From Calcarisporiella thermophila CBS 279.70 (taxonomy: Eukaryota; Fungi; Calcarisporiellomycota): a stretch of DNA of 64,000 nucleotides. Within the stretch, counting starts at the first letter, position 1. Each line of letters begins with the position of its first letter. The DNA lies in assembly GCF_041956535.1 (NCBI RefSeq), contig NW_027192198.1:62001-126000 (forward strand), given 5' to 3'. The position numbers and the translations under genes were made by a program. This document shows, piece after piece, positions 1 to 14,679 of the stretch. Below the pieces are notes generated by a model, which saw only the letters and a list, made by a program, of their open reading frames with translations, was not told the DNA's origin and did not search any database.

Positions 1-2619
1 GCAATTATCCCGGAAAGCAGCGAGAATCTTCTCAAAATCATTATAAAACTATAGGGCGATAATATAACAACATGAAAGAGTGAATCAGCCGCTGAAATTG
101 TTTTGTTAATTCGGAATCGTTACAAAGAGTAACATATACCTTGATCCCCTCTCGTAGGTTGGTTTGGATCTCCTTGTATTTCTGGAAAGCTGTATCTAAG
201 TTTTGCAGCGCCTTCTCGCGCTGCACGATATTGCTGCTCGATCTTCGCGCTGCAACGAATTTCTCTTGTTTGTCCTACCAAATTATGATGGGTCAGCCTA
301 ATACCAGGGGCAACCTGGAGGAAGAGACACTAATTACCGCAATAGTTGCAAGAAGCTTTTCCTGTTGCTCCTCCTCTTCTTTCAACCCCCTTCGGAAGGG
401 CTCGTACTTCTTTAGCTGCTCCTCAAATAAATCTTCAAACTGCGCTGGTTCTATCTTTACCGTTGGGGAATTCGATGTCAATTTCGCCGTCTCTCTAATT
501 AGAGCCGGACCAATATCATCCATCTCGGCGAGCTTTCGTAGCTCTTCCATCTTTGACTTTCGTCGCTTAATCATCTGGTCGACCTGCTCTAGTAGCGCAC
601 GCATCTGGCGCACGTGCTGCTCGTCTTTAGTCTTCCCTGCCCCGAGACTGGTGGAGGGCACGGATCGTTCAAGTTCCTCCTCGCTTGCGCCTAGGAGCTC
701 AATGAATTGGGCCCAAATGTCGAGCTTGTTTTTGACTATCGAGTCACTCTTACGAGCAGCGTCTAGAGTGCGACGATGCTTCTTTCCTTGCTCAACTAAA
801 TGGTTAGCAAGCTTCTCAGATGGAGGGCGTTTCCATCGATCACCATATTCGCCACGTAGCGCTTCATCCTCCTCCATCTCCTCGTCGAGTGCTGAAAAGG
901 CCTGAAACAAGCATACATTTGGTGAGGATTTAAACCAAAAAGCATAGTTCCTATTCTTTACCTCGTCTAGGAGAGCCGAATTTGATTTTGCATACTCTCG
1001 TATATCTTCCAACAATTTGTACAAAGAGTTCATTCCGCCATCAGCTCGAACTTGATTCGCCTTAGCATACAATGAGGGTGGAAGACCCACTGGTTGTTCA
1101 AGCGCCTGAAGTGCCCCAGGTAAGTTCAGAGATTGCAATGTGCTATGGCATAACGAATTTAAATCCTCAGCCTCTTTGATTAACTCCTCTTTTACCACAC
1201 GGTCCCTGCGGTCACAATATACACTTGCAGCCTGGTGCACTGCAAACGGAACCAATTTCTGGAACAACGGAAGGCCAAGAAGAGAGTGCTCACTATTCAT
1301 GAAGCGCAAGGGGTCAGATACCTCGGCTGGCAATTGAGGTTTAACCATTTCAGCGCGACCGATCGCTGGAAGCGTGTGAGAGGAGGGTACATGCTCGAGA
1401 TAGATAATGTCATTATCTTTTTCAGCGCGCTGTAGATTTTTGCTGATAATTTCTTGCAAAGACTAATAATAAAGCATTTAAGATATACATCGAATAACAG
1501 AGGAGAGGAAGGATTTACCTTTAGGTCGCTTACTACGCTCTCTCGCAAACTCCGCTGATAATCCAGCCCCTTCTTCACGTAACTCTCTGCCAGCTGTAAA
1601 CGAGCAATCTCTTCTCCATACTTATTTTGGCTAATACATTCACAGGATTTGCGATACTGAGCGGCGGCATTGAAGTGTAGCCCCTTGACCTGCATCTGTA
1701 CTATCCATGGCTAACAAGATATCATAGACGTGAGATGGTGTTTTTTCAGCCACTATTTCGAACTGAAAAGCCTTATCAGAGATTTTTCTACCTGCGTGAA
1801 GAGCTGCGATACTGCTGAATTGGTGGCACCCTCATAAGCAATCTCATAGAAATCGGCCACTTTCCCCGCAAGTTTTGCAATCACTCCATCTTTCATTTGG
1901 CTCATTACGGCACGCTGCCAGTAGCACTCCTGAGCTTGTGCCAACATCAAATTCACCAGCACAGTCAGGGTCGTACCGGATAAATCTTGCGGGGGAGGAA
2001 TGCGCATTTCTGACACAACCACATCCTGAAGATATTTGAAACATCCCGCTGCATATTGGAAATATTGACATGCTCTCTTGAGTCCATCACTCGTAGCGCG
2101 GTTTTCGGCATTGCCTAATTGACTATACATAGACCCGATATTGAAAAGAATACATGCTTTTTCATAATAGAGATTGCGGTGGGATATTAGAGTCTTGCGC
2201 GATGAAAAAGCGATTGTCCATGGGAATTCGATGCCGATCTAATTGGGAATCAAAGAAATGAGGGCCGGCGCGCAGTACATGTTGAAATAATAAAAATACT
2301 AACATCGATAGGAAATTTGGAGCTTACAAACACGAGTTGACCAAAATATCTATGATTAAAAAAATCACGAATAAGTAAAGAAAATTGAAGGCATTAATCC
2401 TAAGTCTAGCCCATCTCACTTTAACAGTCGATTGAGAGCATTTTGATGAACTTCTAAGTGAACACAATCTCCGCGTAATTCGTCTAGCACGCGATAGTCG
2501 TCTGTGTAAAGATCAGGATGTTCGGCATATGCATTGGATACGTACTGCCGTAGATATGGTGTAAGAGATATACGCTCTGTAGTCTTAAAATCAATTGCTA
2601 GGATATTATTCTCGGTCAT
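1..2619 (-). CDS. palA: pH-response regulator PalA/Rim20 (BRO1 + ALIX V domain), multi-exon, 3' end runs off the window
   Basis: Exons give BRO1 motifs ([41 protein letters not shown]) followed by the V-domain ([23 protein letters not shown]). GT-AG introns join the ORF pieces. Confidence 0.88.
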
Positions 2620-3883
2620 TCTGGTAGAGAATGCTTAAGGAGAATGGCCGTAGAGCTTATACCAAGATTTATGTGACTGCCACGGAACAATTTCTTTTAG
2701 CTAATATGTTGAAAAGCTGTACTTTAACTTCCTGCAAAACTCTTCATGACAATTAACGTTAAACGTAACGGTTTAAATATCCTGTTACCAAAGCATTTGG
2801 CGACTATATATAATGCATCCTTTATAAAGCTTGAAATTCAACTAGATCCGCCCTGAAATTCTTACAAAAAAATTAGGATTTATAGTATCTTGGTTGCATT
2901 GTTAGAGGCAAAAAAAAAAAATGGTTCTTTATCAGTTTTTCTCCACAAGCCATTCTTGGGCATCAACATGCGCTAACAGCCACCTCTCTCTTACTGCTGG
3001 CAACATGATAACCTTGATGGATATATTTGAACTCATGGTATATTATACAGCTTGGATATTGCTTTATTCACTATCAATGATGCGCTCAATACCTCCTTGA
3101 AAATGTTTGGATTCGAAAAGAAGTCAGTCAAATTTCTCATATCTCCAAACTAGTCTCTAATGATCAATTTCTATAAAATCAAGGCGCTAATCTACTTTCG
3201 CCTAAAAACACGACAAATTCAAAAGTATAATATTTCGAGAGAATATAAAATTTTCATCCAACTTTAAATCATACCGATATTATTAATGCCATGGATATTT
3301 TGTCTCAACGAAAAACTCCATATTGTGGTGTACTCTATATGAGAGTGAAGTTAGCACTTAGTTTCACACTTTGGCCGGCCCAAGCAGAAATCCCATAGAT
3401 ATTACTTTGTAAACGCGCAGCCCAAGCATTTTAGCCTTGGGGCAATTTTTTTTCTGCGCAGAAGAAATTTTGGCTACTTGGCTGATGCTAAAATATTGCT
3501 CAAGGCTAGGTGATTGATAGTAATTCACGATTTGACAGAAGCATAGAACTCGTGCAAATATTCCCCATACTTTTATACGTTTTGGGGTACCATTCTCTCT
3601 TATATCTGGTAGCAGTTCAGGGACGGGCACTCGAAGGTATCTCGAAAAAGGCCAAGGCGCAGCATTTCAATTAGGTGAGGTCATTTACGGTTCCACGACG
3701 CGAAAAAGGAATTGTACCAACCTTTAAAATATCACAGCTCTCGGCATCTGAATAATCACCCTTTATCTAATTCCTCCTCACTCCCGTCATCACTCGATTT
3801 CTATTGAACGCTATCTCTTATTCTGCTTATTTTTGCTCATCAGCACTATTTTTTAACGGGGGACCTGCAATCCTTCGAGCGAG

Positions 3884-6800
3884 ATGTCTTCTAATAACTT
3901 CAAACTCCAACGACCGCCCGCTGGTGGGAGTGGCCCAATAATGCTCTCCCTTGAAGAAAAGCAACTCTTCGGACAATTGTGGAAGCAAGCAGCCAAGGAT
4001 AATAGTGGTTCGCTTAGTGGCCAGGATGCTGTGCCCTTTTTCTCAAAATCTGGTTTGCCATCCGATATATTAAGTGAGGTAAGGTATACGATGAAGTGTA
4101 TTTTCCCAGAGCATGCCCTTCTATTTCTTATGTTACTCTATAGATTTGGCAGATCGCAGACGTAGATGGGAAAGGAAGCCTGGATCCACAAGAATTCAGC
4201 ATCGCTCTTCGTTTAATTGGACACGCACAAAACAACAAGATGCCGAATAGGCAACTTATTCATGTTGGTACGTATATCCTCCTCAGAATGGTCAAATTCA
4301 AAACTAGAAAGAGAGTAATTGTATATCCTGATGATGCAGATGGACCGCTGCCCGTGTTGGATGGTATTAATCTTGAGGCGCGTTCCTCTAACCGTGACTC
4401 AACTCTATCCGTATCGCCTGAAGAACGTGCAAAGTATACAGACATGTTTACCAAAACTAGCCCTGTAAACGGCTTGCTTGATGGTATAGCTATAGATTTT
4501 ACTCGTGTGCGTATTGAAATTTGGAATCTTAAGCACATTGAATACATGATAGGTGAAAAGGCAAGAGAGATTTTTATGAAGTCGAAATTACCTCTGGACG
4601 TTCTGGCACAGATATGGTGAGAATACTGCTAGCACATATTCGCTTCGGTTTATAGGAGATCTAAACTGTGAACTATCAGGAATTTGGCGGATGTGCGAAA
4701 GGCCGGAAATCTTAACCAAACCGAATTTATTATCGCCATGCACTTCATCTACCGCATTCTTGATGGAACAATTAAAAATCTCCCTCCACAACTCCCCAAA
4801 ACGCTTTATTCCTCCGCACAAGGCACTCCGTCCTCGCCCACCGTGGCTGCCTCGCCTAATTTTCCTCGTGGGATTAGTTCGTCCCCTCAGCCGGTTGTGC
4901 GTCATATGACTGGCACCCCTCCAGCTGTAGTGAATCGTCATTTTACAGGCTCTAATACTGGCCTGCAGCGCCACATGACGGGTGGAGGCCACCCAGTTTC
5001 GACAGGAGGATACACGGGTAAATTTGAGCAAATGGAATGGGATGTAACCCCGGAGGAGAGGCAAAAGTATAGCAAGATTTTTGAAAACTTGGACAATATG
5101 AAGCAGGGTTACATAAATGGTATGAATGGTTTTCTCATTGAATTTACGTCTCTCTGTTAGTAATCGTATTTCATTCTTCTTCTAAAGGTAATGACGCGGT
5201 TCAATTCTTCATTAGTTCAAAGCTCCCGGAGTCAGATCTCTTTCGCATTTGGTGAATTGAATACAATTTCCATATCTCGCCTCTTCTTATACTTATTTTA
5301 TTCCCCTAGGAACCTATCCGATATTAACAAGTCTGGGCGTCTGAGTCAGGAGGAATTTGCAGTAGCAATGCACCTGATCCACAAAAAGTTGACGGGCTCC
5401 GAGTTACCAGAGAGCCTCCCTGAGAGTTTGGTTCCCCCATCTCTACGACAAAGTATGCCCATTTAATAGCCCCTTTATTTGTGTATTTTCCTAACAAACA
5501 TTTTTATTTTCAGCTGGGCCACGATCATCTATACTGGGTCGGTCTGTTTCAGCACGCTATAATCGCTCCATGTCGGGTAGTTCCGCGTTGGATTTTTTCT
5601 CAAACGAAATGGCTCCACAGTCGACAGGTATTATATATTTAACGATAATACTGGCGAATCTGAGGCTGACGCTTCAACTTAGGCCGCAATACAGATTCTT
5701 TAATTGATGACACCCCTCTGATTGGGGATTTCGACGTGAAACCCAAGACTTCAACTATGGACACATTCGACTTCCCTAACCCTGCAGCTAGCGTTGATCT
5801 TTCCAAAAATTTTCCTAGTAGTTTCGGTTCTTTTGATTCGCAGAAACACGATCTTTCCCAACGTTTATCGCAAGTGCAATCTCTGCATGACTCTGAGCGT
5901 AAACTTGTCCAAGGAATGAGCGAGGCTCTTTCAAGTGAGCAACAGCAACTGCTACAGCTTAGACAAGAGCTCGCAGAAAGCGAGCGAAAATTGATGCAAG
6001 CGAGACAGGAAAAGAGCACACTCCAAGGAAACTTGGATCGAGTACGTCAGGAAATTGAACAGCTGAAGCAACAAATCCGAATGGTCAACGAAGAAACGTC
6101 TCAGCTCCGTGAGCAAGCGGAGAAACTGAAAAAGGATGAGGATCGGCAAGTGAAAATGCTAAATATCACACGGGGACAACTAGCTAGCTCTGAAGCAAAG
6201 CGTGAAGAGGTGCGAAGAGCTTTAGATCCTTCCACGGCAAGCTCACCGCCCAAATCCTCTGAGCCCTCTTCATTTTTGACCTGGGCTAATTCATTTGGCA
6301 GTAGCCCCTCAGCTCCAGCTACTCAAGCGACTGGCAATACTAATGCCGATTCTTTCCAATCAGCTGCAGCTGCAAAAGCAGTTAGCCCTCAGTCCACAGG
6401 TGGTACTAGTGGCCTCCAGTCGCCTCCTGCTGCTGTGGCCGGGAATATAAGTCCACCATCCGCTGGCAGCAGCCCCTTCCCCACAACATCAAGCACACCC
6501 ACTTCTATAACTGCGCGACCTCGAGCGGAAAGCGCTGGAGGCAAGCCATCCTCTGTTAGCATTGATAAGCTCTCAGGATCTTTTGGTCAAATCGCGCTCA
6601 ATCAATCTCCGGGCGGTGCATTGGTTAATAAGGGAGCTCAAACTGGTGGCGGTGCTTCCAATCCTCAACTTGCTCCCTCTCAGAGACCTAATGAAGACCA
6701 GCAAGATTCTAACTCGAAAAAGTCAGAGAATAACAAGTCAGATCCATTTGCCGAATTTGGCAAGGGGTTTATTGTCGGCAAAGGGGTGCCAGCGAAGTCC

Positions 6801-7823
6801 AACGATGCAAAACCAGGCCCTAGACTTGACCTTGATTTCAATTCAAAGTTCCCTGATATCAACGCCGACCTACCCTCGCCAACAAAGTTTGCCGAGCAAT
6901 TCCCGGAACTTCCCAGTGTTGATGAAATAGACAAGACCGCTGCACAGGTTAAAGATACTAAAAACAGCGTGACTTCAACCGCGACAACTCCTGCCACCGG
7001 TGCAAATAATACTCAGCCTGCAGTTGCGGACACTCCTGGTAAAGCACAAACAGATTCTTCAAATACAGCTACAGTAGGTGAGCAAAAGAGTAATCCGGCG
7101 ATTGCAAAAACGGATCAAGCATCGGAGATGGCTGAAACCCCCAACAACTCAACTACATCTCCAGAGTCTTTCTTTTCATCGGCCTTCCCAGCTCCGTCCG
7201 CTCTTTCCTCTGCATCTTCCAACACATTCCCAGCCGGAACTCATCCTTCTATACCTTCCGCCATGACAAATCAACAGAAACCTTTTTCTACGGTGGATTC
7301 GGAGCCTTTTGATTTTGAGAAATCGTTCAGGCGCGCGTCCAAGATCGACACCTTTGACGCCATGTTCCAGGATCTGCCGCTAGCGAAAACTAGCACCTCC
7401 ATCTCCGATTTTGAAGCTGCCTTTGAAGAGCCAAACATGGACGTTGCGTTTCGCCCTAACTTCGAGTCTTCCCATTCGCGAGGCGGAAGCAACAGTGGAT
7501 TTGGCGATTTTGTAGCAAACAAACCCAAGAGTGATTTCGACGCCATGTTTGGTTCGCCTGCCCAAGTCGGCCCGATCCCGCCCAAGACTACCCAACAGAA
7601 TGTAATGGCCGGGGGTTTCAAATCCTCCACGTTTAGCGACTTTGACGATGCATTCAGCACTCCTGCTGCTACTGCTGCCACCACCCCTGCACCACCTAAG
7701 CCTGAGATTCAGGGCGTACAAGAGCTGATGTCAATGGGTTTCTCGCGAGCTCAGGCAATTAATGCGCTTGAACGAAACGACTACAACCTGGAGCGAGCAT
7801 CGAATTTCTTGCTGGATAATTGA
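3884..7823 (+). CDS. EDE1: Ede1/Eps15-like endocytic adaptor: 3 EH domains, coiled coil, low-complexity region, C-terminal UBA
   Basis: EH repeats ([39 protein letters not shown]), a coiled coil at ~5850-6230, a DPF motif, and a UBA end ([31 protein letters not shown]). Confidence 0.85.
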
Positions 7824-8194
7824 ACCAGTTCCCTCTCTTGAGCAAAGATACCAATGCAGTTTTAACTCCAGCCAGCTAGGCACCTAAATTCCATGATCGC
7901 TCCGATTTCAACTTTTTTTACATAGTTCACCCGCTGCTATTAACGTTGTCTTGTCTAACCTATCTCCTTTAGAACATTGATGGATTAAATACTTATTTAT
8001 TATGGAGTTCCTATGATATTGGTTGCTGTTCTTGTTCTTCTCTATTTTTATCTCTATCTTGATTTTCTTCTTCCGACGTTTGTATCACTTTATTAAAAGA
8101 AAAGAAGAGTGGTCATTTAATTAGTTTTTTTTTCTTTTTCTCACCACACGCTTACATAAATAATATATGGCAACAATAATATGATAATCATGAA

Positions 8195-8722
8195 TTAGAT
8201 AGTAAGATTAGAAAAGCACTGCTCCACTTCATCGATATTTCCGTGGTTGATATTCCTGCTGAGGACACTCACACTCGAAGCTTCTCCTTCTGGGTTGTCT
8301 TTTTCACTCTCTTCAGGTCCCATAAGAACATTCCCTAATTTCGAGAACCGGAACGGGACACTCCATGCTACAAGCCCCATCATACTCTCCCGCTCCTCTC
8401 TCTTTCCAGGTATGGCTGTGTTGCTGGCAAGAGAATTAAGGGAGGTGAATGGGTGGTCAAGAAAATGGTTATTGTTATAACGCTGACGACGACGTGTGCC
8501 TTCTCGACCAGGGTGAGTACGTCGAGCTTGAGAGTCACGCTGTGGGAAATAGCGTTGCTTCTTACTGCGTTTAGGCTTGAAGCGCTGTTTCTTCTGAACA
8601 GTAGGCGGGGGGAGTGGCTCGATTTGCACGGCAACCGGCGCTAGTTGAATGCTAGTTATAGTATCAAGAATCAGGCTGGCATCATGAATTGAAGGGTCAT
8701 TTGGCTTTAACAATTCTGTCAT
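8195..8722 (-). CDS. Hypothetical basic protein, single exon, divergent from importin-alpha
   Basis: Open frame from ATG at 8722 (MTELLKPND...) with a K/R-rich core (HPGREGTRRRQRYNN). No family recognised. Confidence 0.55.
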   Translation of the reverse strand: MTELLKPNDPSIHDASLILDTITSIQLAPVAVQIEPLPPPTVQKKQRFKPKRSKKQRYFPQRDSQARRTHPGREGTRRRQRYNNNHFLDHPFTSLNSLASNTAIPGKREERESMMGLVAWSVPFRFSKLGNVLMGPEESEKDNPEGEASSVSVLSRNINHGNIDEVEQCFSNLTI

Positions 8723-9009
8723 TGACAAAAAGAAGGAAGAGGAGCAAATGGCAAGTGAACCATAGGGGGCTTCTACATATCTATCGGAACTGGTGGCCAC
8801 AAGATGTGACCACGTTTCTTCGTGACTCTCAACCTAAAGAATCTAATTACAGGTTTAAAATGAAGGTGAGCCTCAATGTCGTCACAAGTGTGACGCAAAC
8901 TTGTTATTTTTTCAAGACATCAAACAAAAGGGCGCGCGGTCGCGAACAAATAAGCAAAGAACTAGAAGAAGAGAACTAAACGAGAAGAAACCCTTACATT
9001 TACATAGTC

Positions 9010-10925
9010 ATGGACCAGGGTAGAATCTCAGAAAATCGTCGTGCTCGTGAATACAAATCCCGCGGGGTCTTTGCGCCAGACGAGGTGCGCCGTCGTCGAG
9101 AGCAGGCTTCCGTTGAGATCCGCAAGCAGAAACGTGAGGAGTCTCTTGCCAAACGCCGAAATCTTGCTATTGCTGGCGGAGATGTTGAGAGTGATGTAGA
9201 TGAGGCCCCTGCAGATCAGCAACTGTCAGAGTTGCCCACCATGGTTGCAGGAGTCATGTCTGAAAACGTGGAGGAGCAGCTTAATGCAACTGTGCGTTTC
9301 AGAAAGTTGCTGAGTAAGGAGCGAAACCCTCCGATTGAGGAGGTTATTGCTTGCGGGGTTGTGCCTCGATTCGTACTGTTCTTGCGGAGCCCACATCCAA
9401 TGCTCCAGGTAAACCTAGTCCTTATTTCATCTGCCCATTTTGAACAGATGATGCAAAGAACTATCTTTGCTACCCTTTCTAGTGGAACATTGGATTTTTT
9501 TTCATCTGATAAATTGCACTCATACCATCTCCATTTTGTTAGTTTGAGGCTGCATGGGCACTTACTAATATCGCCTCGGGATCATCACAGCAAACACAGT
9601 TTGTCATCGAGGCCGGAGCCGTCCCCATTTTTGTCGAGCTCTTGAGTAGCCCTGTCGCAGATGTAAAAGAACAGGTATAGTAATCATATATTCCTTATGG
9701 CCACTCTTCCTTTTTATATAGGCATTTTTATGTTTCGTTTAAATTTTAGGCTGTTTGGGCGCTTGGTAATATTGCCGGTGACAGCCCTCGTTGCCGTGAC
9801 TATGTGCTTGGTGAGGGTGCGCTTCCTCCTCTTCTACGTCTCCTGAATGAGAGCAACAAGCTCTCTATGATCCGTAACGCAACCTGGACCCTCTCCAACT
9901 TCTGCCGTGGAAAGAATCCACAGCCGGACTGGAACATTATCTCATCCTCTCTGCCCGTGTTGGCCAAGCTGGTTTATTCTAATGATGATGAGGTGCTAAT
10001 TGACGCGTGCTGGGCCATCTCCTATCTTAGCGACGGACCAAACGAGAAGATCCAGGCTGTGATCGAGTCTGGAATCGCACGTCGCCTTGTTGAACTGCTA
10101 ATGCATCCCTCTACCGCGGTGCAGACACCTGCGCTGCGCTCCGTTGGAAATATCGTAACGGGTGATGACAGCCAGACGCAGGTGATTATTAACTGCGGTG
10201 CGTTGCCTGCTCTCCTTAGCTTGCTCTCGAGCCCGAAGGATGGAATCCGCAAGGAGGCCTGCTGGACCATTTCAAACATTACTGCCGGCAATACGCAGCA
10301 GATCCAGGCCGTTATTGATGCAAACATCATTCCTCCACTTTTGAATATCCTGCAAAATGCCGACTTCAAGACAAAGAAGGAGGCATGCTGGGCCATTTCC
10401 AACGCAACCTCTGGCGGTTTGAATAAGCCCGATCAGATCCGCTACCTCGTGTCGCAAGGATGCATTCGACCCCTCTGCGACTTGCTCACAAGCATGGACA
10501 ATAAGATCATTCAAGTTGCGCTGGACGGACTCGAAAACCTGCTGAAGGTTGGAGAGATGGACAGAGCTACCGATCCAGATGGCATCAATCGGTATGCGTT
10601 GTTTATCGAAGAGTGCGGAGGGATGGAGAAGATCCATAACCTCCAGATCCATGAAAACGTCGAGGTAAGTTGTTGTTGATCCTCAGAGCACGTAGCAACT
10701 CGGTTACTGAAACACCTCTCCCCCCCCCCCTTCTTCACTCTTTACTTTTCTATTCAGATCTACAAAAAAGCTTACCATATCATCGACAAATACTTTGGCG
10801 AGGAAGAGGAAGAGGATACGGGTATTGCGCCTGAAGTCGACTCTAATACGGGGGCTTTTGCATTCCAACAGGACGCATCAGTGCCGCAAGGCGGTTTTCA
10901 ATTTGGGGACTCGATGCAGGACTAA
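9010..10925 (+). CDS. SRP1: Importin subunit alpha (karyopherin alpha)
   Basis: IBB domain ([24 protein letters not shown]) and ARM repeats ([27 protein letters not shown]). Several GT-AG introns; stop TAA at 10923-10925. Confidence 0.96.
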
Positions 10926-11346
10926 GCATCGAGGATACAAGAAAATAATATTATATATTTATATAGCGCCTGCCTTTTTTTTTCTCTCCCTTGATTTTAT
11001 AAATTTTTCCCCTCCCCCTTCATCTCTTTTTCTTTTCAGCTTCCATATTTTTTCTCTTACTATTTCTCACATAATATTTGATAAAGAGAATAAATTTTTA
11101 CCCTACCTTGCTCCATGTCACAGGAATTTCAAACTTGGATTACTCTTCTCTTTTTCCCTCCTCTTGTTGCCTTCCTCCTCGCCTTTTCAATATATAAATC
11201 ATTTTGGATCTCTGCACGTCTCGATGGAACTTTGGTTCCATTAAAATGTCTTTGGCTAAGCCACGATTTGAAGTTAGACCCATCCGATAGAACCCCTCTC
11301 TTCTTTCTGTATCTCGAAGTCCATCCATCCATCCATCACCACAAAG

Positions 11347-13906
11347 ATGCCAGGCTTCGACCTGAATAACCTCCCAGCGACGGAGGCCGAGATCGACTTT
11401 AGCGACATTGAAGCGCAGTATCAGATTCCCGTAGAGGAGGGGTTCGATTCTATTGTTGTTGTCGACAACCTACCCATCGTCGATCCTTCAAAAGAGGAAA
11501 AGCTCGTGAGCTACTTGCGATCGCGCGCATTCAAAGGATTGGAGATCAAGGATGGTGGAGTTTTTATGCCCAAAGAGGTAGATGAAAAGGGAGAGTTGAA
11601 ATCAAAGGGGTATATTTTGTTATTTCTTAGCGTCGGAGCGTCGCGTGATTGCTCATTTTGATTTTTCTTCTTATCACCGTGATCCAGGTACTGCTTTATT
11701 GAATTCAAAAGCCCTGAAGATGCATCCGAGGCATGCAAGAAGGCCAACGGCTATCGACTTGACAAGTCCCATACCCTTGCCGTTAACCGGTTTGTAGACG
11801 TGGAGAAATACTCTAACATGGAGGATGAATTCCAGGAGCCGGAGGCGGAAGAATACGTCGAAAAAGTAATGGAAGAAAAGCATGATTATGTTTGAAAGAG
11901 TATAAGCTTACCTGCATGCACCTTTTTTGCTTTTTCAGGAGCATCTCCGCAGCTGGCTTATGGATCCAAAGGCACGCGACCAGTGGGTGCTCTACCGCGG
12001 CGATGAGGTGAGCATCTTCTGGAACCAGAAAACAGAGGCACCAGAGCATGTCCACAGCCGTACCAACTGGACCGAAACCTACGTGCAATGGTCTCCGCTT
12101 GGAACCTACCTTGCTACCTTCCATCGCCAAGGTATTGCCCTCTGGGGCGGCCCAAGCTGGAACAAGATTGTTCGCTTCTTCCACCCCGGCGTCCGTCTTA
12201 TCAATTTCTCCCCTGGAGAGCGCTATCTTGTCACCTGGAGCCCCGAGCCGATTCATCTTGAATATCTGCCAGCGGATCAGCGTCAGTTTGGGCCTGAGGA
12301 CGAGGGCAACCAGATTTTCGTCTGGGATATCGTCACCGGTGCGCTGCTGCGATCATTCCCCGCGCACCCACAGAAACAAGACAAGCAGGAGAAGCCGACC
12401 GTGCAGTGGCCCATCTTCAAGTGGTCTCCGTCTGAGCGCTACTTTGCACGAGTGACTCCGGGACAGCAGATCTCGGTGTATGAGGCGCCTGGAATGGGCC
12501 TTCTTGACAAGAAGAGCATCAAGGTGGAGGGTGTTGTAGATTTTGAGTGGGCGCCAGTCGAGGAGGACAATAATGACAAGAATAAGGAGAAAGAGGCAAA
12601 GAAGCAGAAGGAGGAGGTGCTTGCCTATTGGACTCCTGAAATTGGCAACCAGCCCGCGCGTGTGACCCTCATCAACATTCCCTCGAGACAAATCCTCCGG
12701 ACCAAGAACTTATTCAACGTCAATAATGTAAATATAAAATTTTTTTTTGCTTCGCGTTGCAATCTTAATCTTCGAGAGCCTATGCCCATTAACCGCTTAT
12801 TTGGATTTTGCTTTTTCTTTGTTAGTGTAAACTCCACTGGCAAAGCCAGGGCGCCTATCTCTGTGTCAAGGTAGACCGCCATACCAAGACGAAAAAATCC
12901 ACCTTCACCAACCTCGAAATCTTCCATATGCGTGAGCGTGACATCCCCGTCGAGGTGGTTGAGGTTCCAGACACGGTGATTGCCTTCTCCTGGGAACCCA
13001 CAAGCAATCGGTTTGCCCTCATCACAACCAACGATCCCAACGCCGGACAGCCCTCCGTCACCACATTACGCACCGCAGCGCACATCTATCACCTCGAGGC
13101 ACCCAAGGGATCGCTTTCCAACGCAGAGTTCAAGCTGCTGAAGACAATGGACAAGAAGTCATGCAATGCCCTCTTCTTCTCCCCCAAGGGTCGCCATCTA
13201 GTTTTGGCCACGCTCCGCTCGACCACCGTCTGGGACCTTGAGTTCTGGGACCTCGACTTTGAGGGAGTGGGCGAGAAGAAGGACGCAAAGAAGGAGGACC
13301 CTGCCATGGGTGTGCAGCAGATGAACAAGGTGGAGCACTTCGGTGTGACGGAGGTGGAGTGGGATCCCACGGGGCGGTACGTGGCTGCAGGCGCGTCAGT
13401 CTGGCGGCACACTGTAAGTACAGGAAGAGCGGGATATGTTTTTCCTCTTCATTTCTGGCGTCGTCCTCTTTCTCAACCAATTTCCCTTTATTATCGCATT
13501 TCAGATGGAAAATGGCTACGGCGTGTACGACTTCCGCGGACAGCTTCTCTACAAGCAGCACATCGACAAGTTCAAGCAGCTGCTCTGGCGCCCGCGGCCG
13601 AAGACTCTGCTCACCAAGGAGCAGATCAAGCAGATCCGGAAGAAGCTGCGCGACTACTCGAAACAATTCGATGAGGAGGACGCGCTGGCCTCCCGCACCG
13701 TGTCGGATGAGCAGCGTGCGCACCGCCGTCGCCTGCTCAACGAGTGGTATGCTTGGAGGAAGCGGGTGGAGAAGGATGTTGCCGAGGAGCGGGTGGCAAC
13801 CGGTAAGCCGGCGCCTGCGAAGCGAGCCGAGCAGGAGCACGTGGAGACCATTGAAGAGTATGTTGAGGAGGTGGTTGAGGAGACGGAAGAGATTGTGGAC
13901 GAATAA
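11347..13906 (+). CDS. PRT1: Translation initiation factor eIF3 subunit B
   Basis: N-terminal RRM (IVVVDNLPIVD...KSKGYCFIEF), beta-propeller (NWTETYVQWSPLGTYL, WDPTGRYV) and the C-terminal WRPRPKTLL motif. Confidence 0.95.
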
Positions 13907-14679
13907 TTTTGCTTCAAAAATATCTCCATGTTTATTATTTCCTCTATTGGATTTTGGATGATTAAAAGGATCTTTCTGAGACACGACTAACATAGTTGAA
14001 CGTGCTCAATACGGCTCAACCCACCCCCCGCAAGCCTTCTGGGCAGGCTCGGGCAAACTCTGCCGGGTGGTGTCTATTGAATTCAACCCTATGCTCTTGG
14101 AGGAGGCTACGAAAGGGAAGGGAAAAAGGTTTTTAGTTCTTTTCTTCAGGTGCAATCATATGAAAAAGCGAAGGGCACTTGAAACTTGAGCTTATCCTAA
14201 TCATTCTCCCACAATTAATATGTGATCACGCCCTTGCGAATCCTTCTCTAGACGCTTTAAGACTAGGGGCCCGATTTCGGTTGGCCGCCGGCCCCATAAG
14301 GAAATCCTTGTAGCACCTTGCCGCGGCCTACACTGCGCCCACGGAAATACCCCACACTTTTTTGCAAAAGATGAGACGTTGGATTTTTGCGATTTCATCA
14401 AAAGCTTCTTTTGTACAAGGTACGGCATAAACCCTAAAGCGCGCTCTATATCTACCAGCCCGTCTCAACGCTGCTCTCTTTTTTTCTTCTCAGACTTTGC
14501 TGTTCTCTCTCTAATATCCGCGGTGGAAGGTGATTTAGCTTAATGTAAGCATCGAATTGGGCATTGCAGCGGCCAATGCGGGCTTCTCTAACTGTTCTTC
14601 TCTTCCTCCTCCCCATCCCGCAGACTGCGTGCTTTCTCCTCTCTTTTACTCTACCAACACTAGCAGAAGCATAAGTATC

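Noticed and set aside
141-905. 254-aa plus-strand ORF
   Set aside because: Antisense to palA; its Ser-rich composition is typical of a shadow frame.
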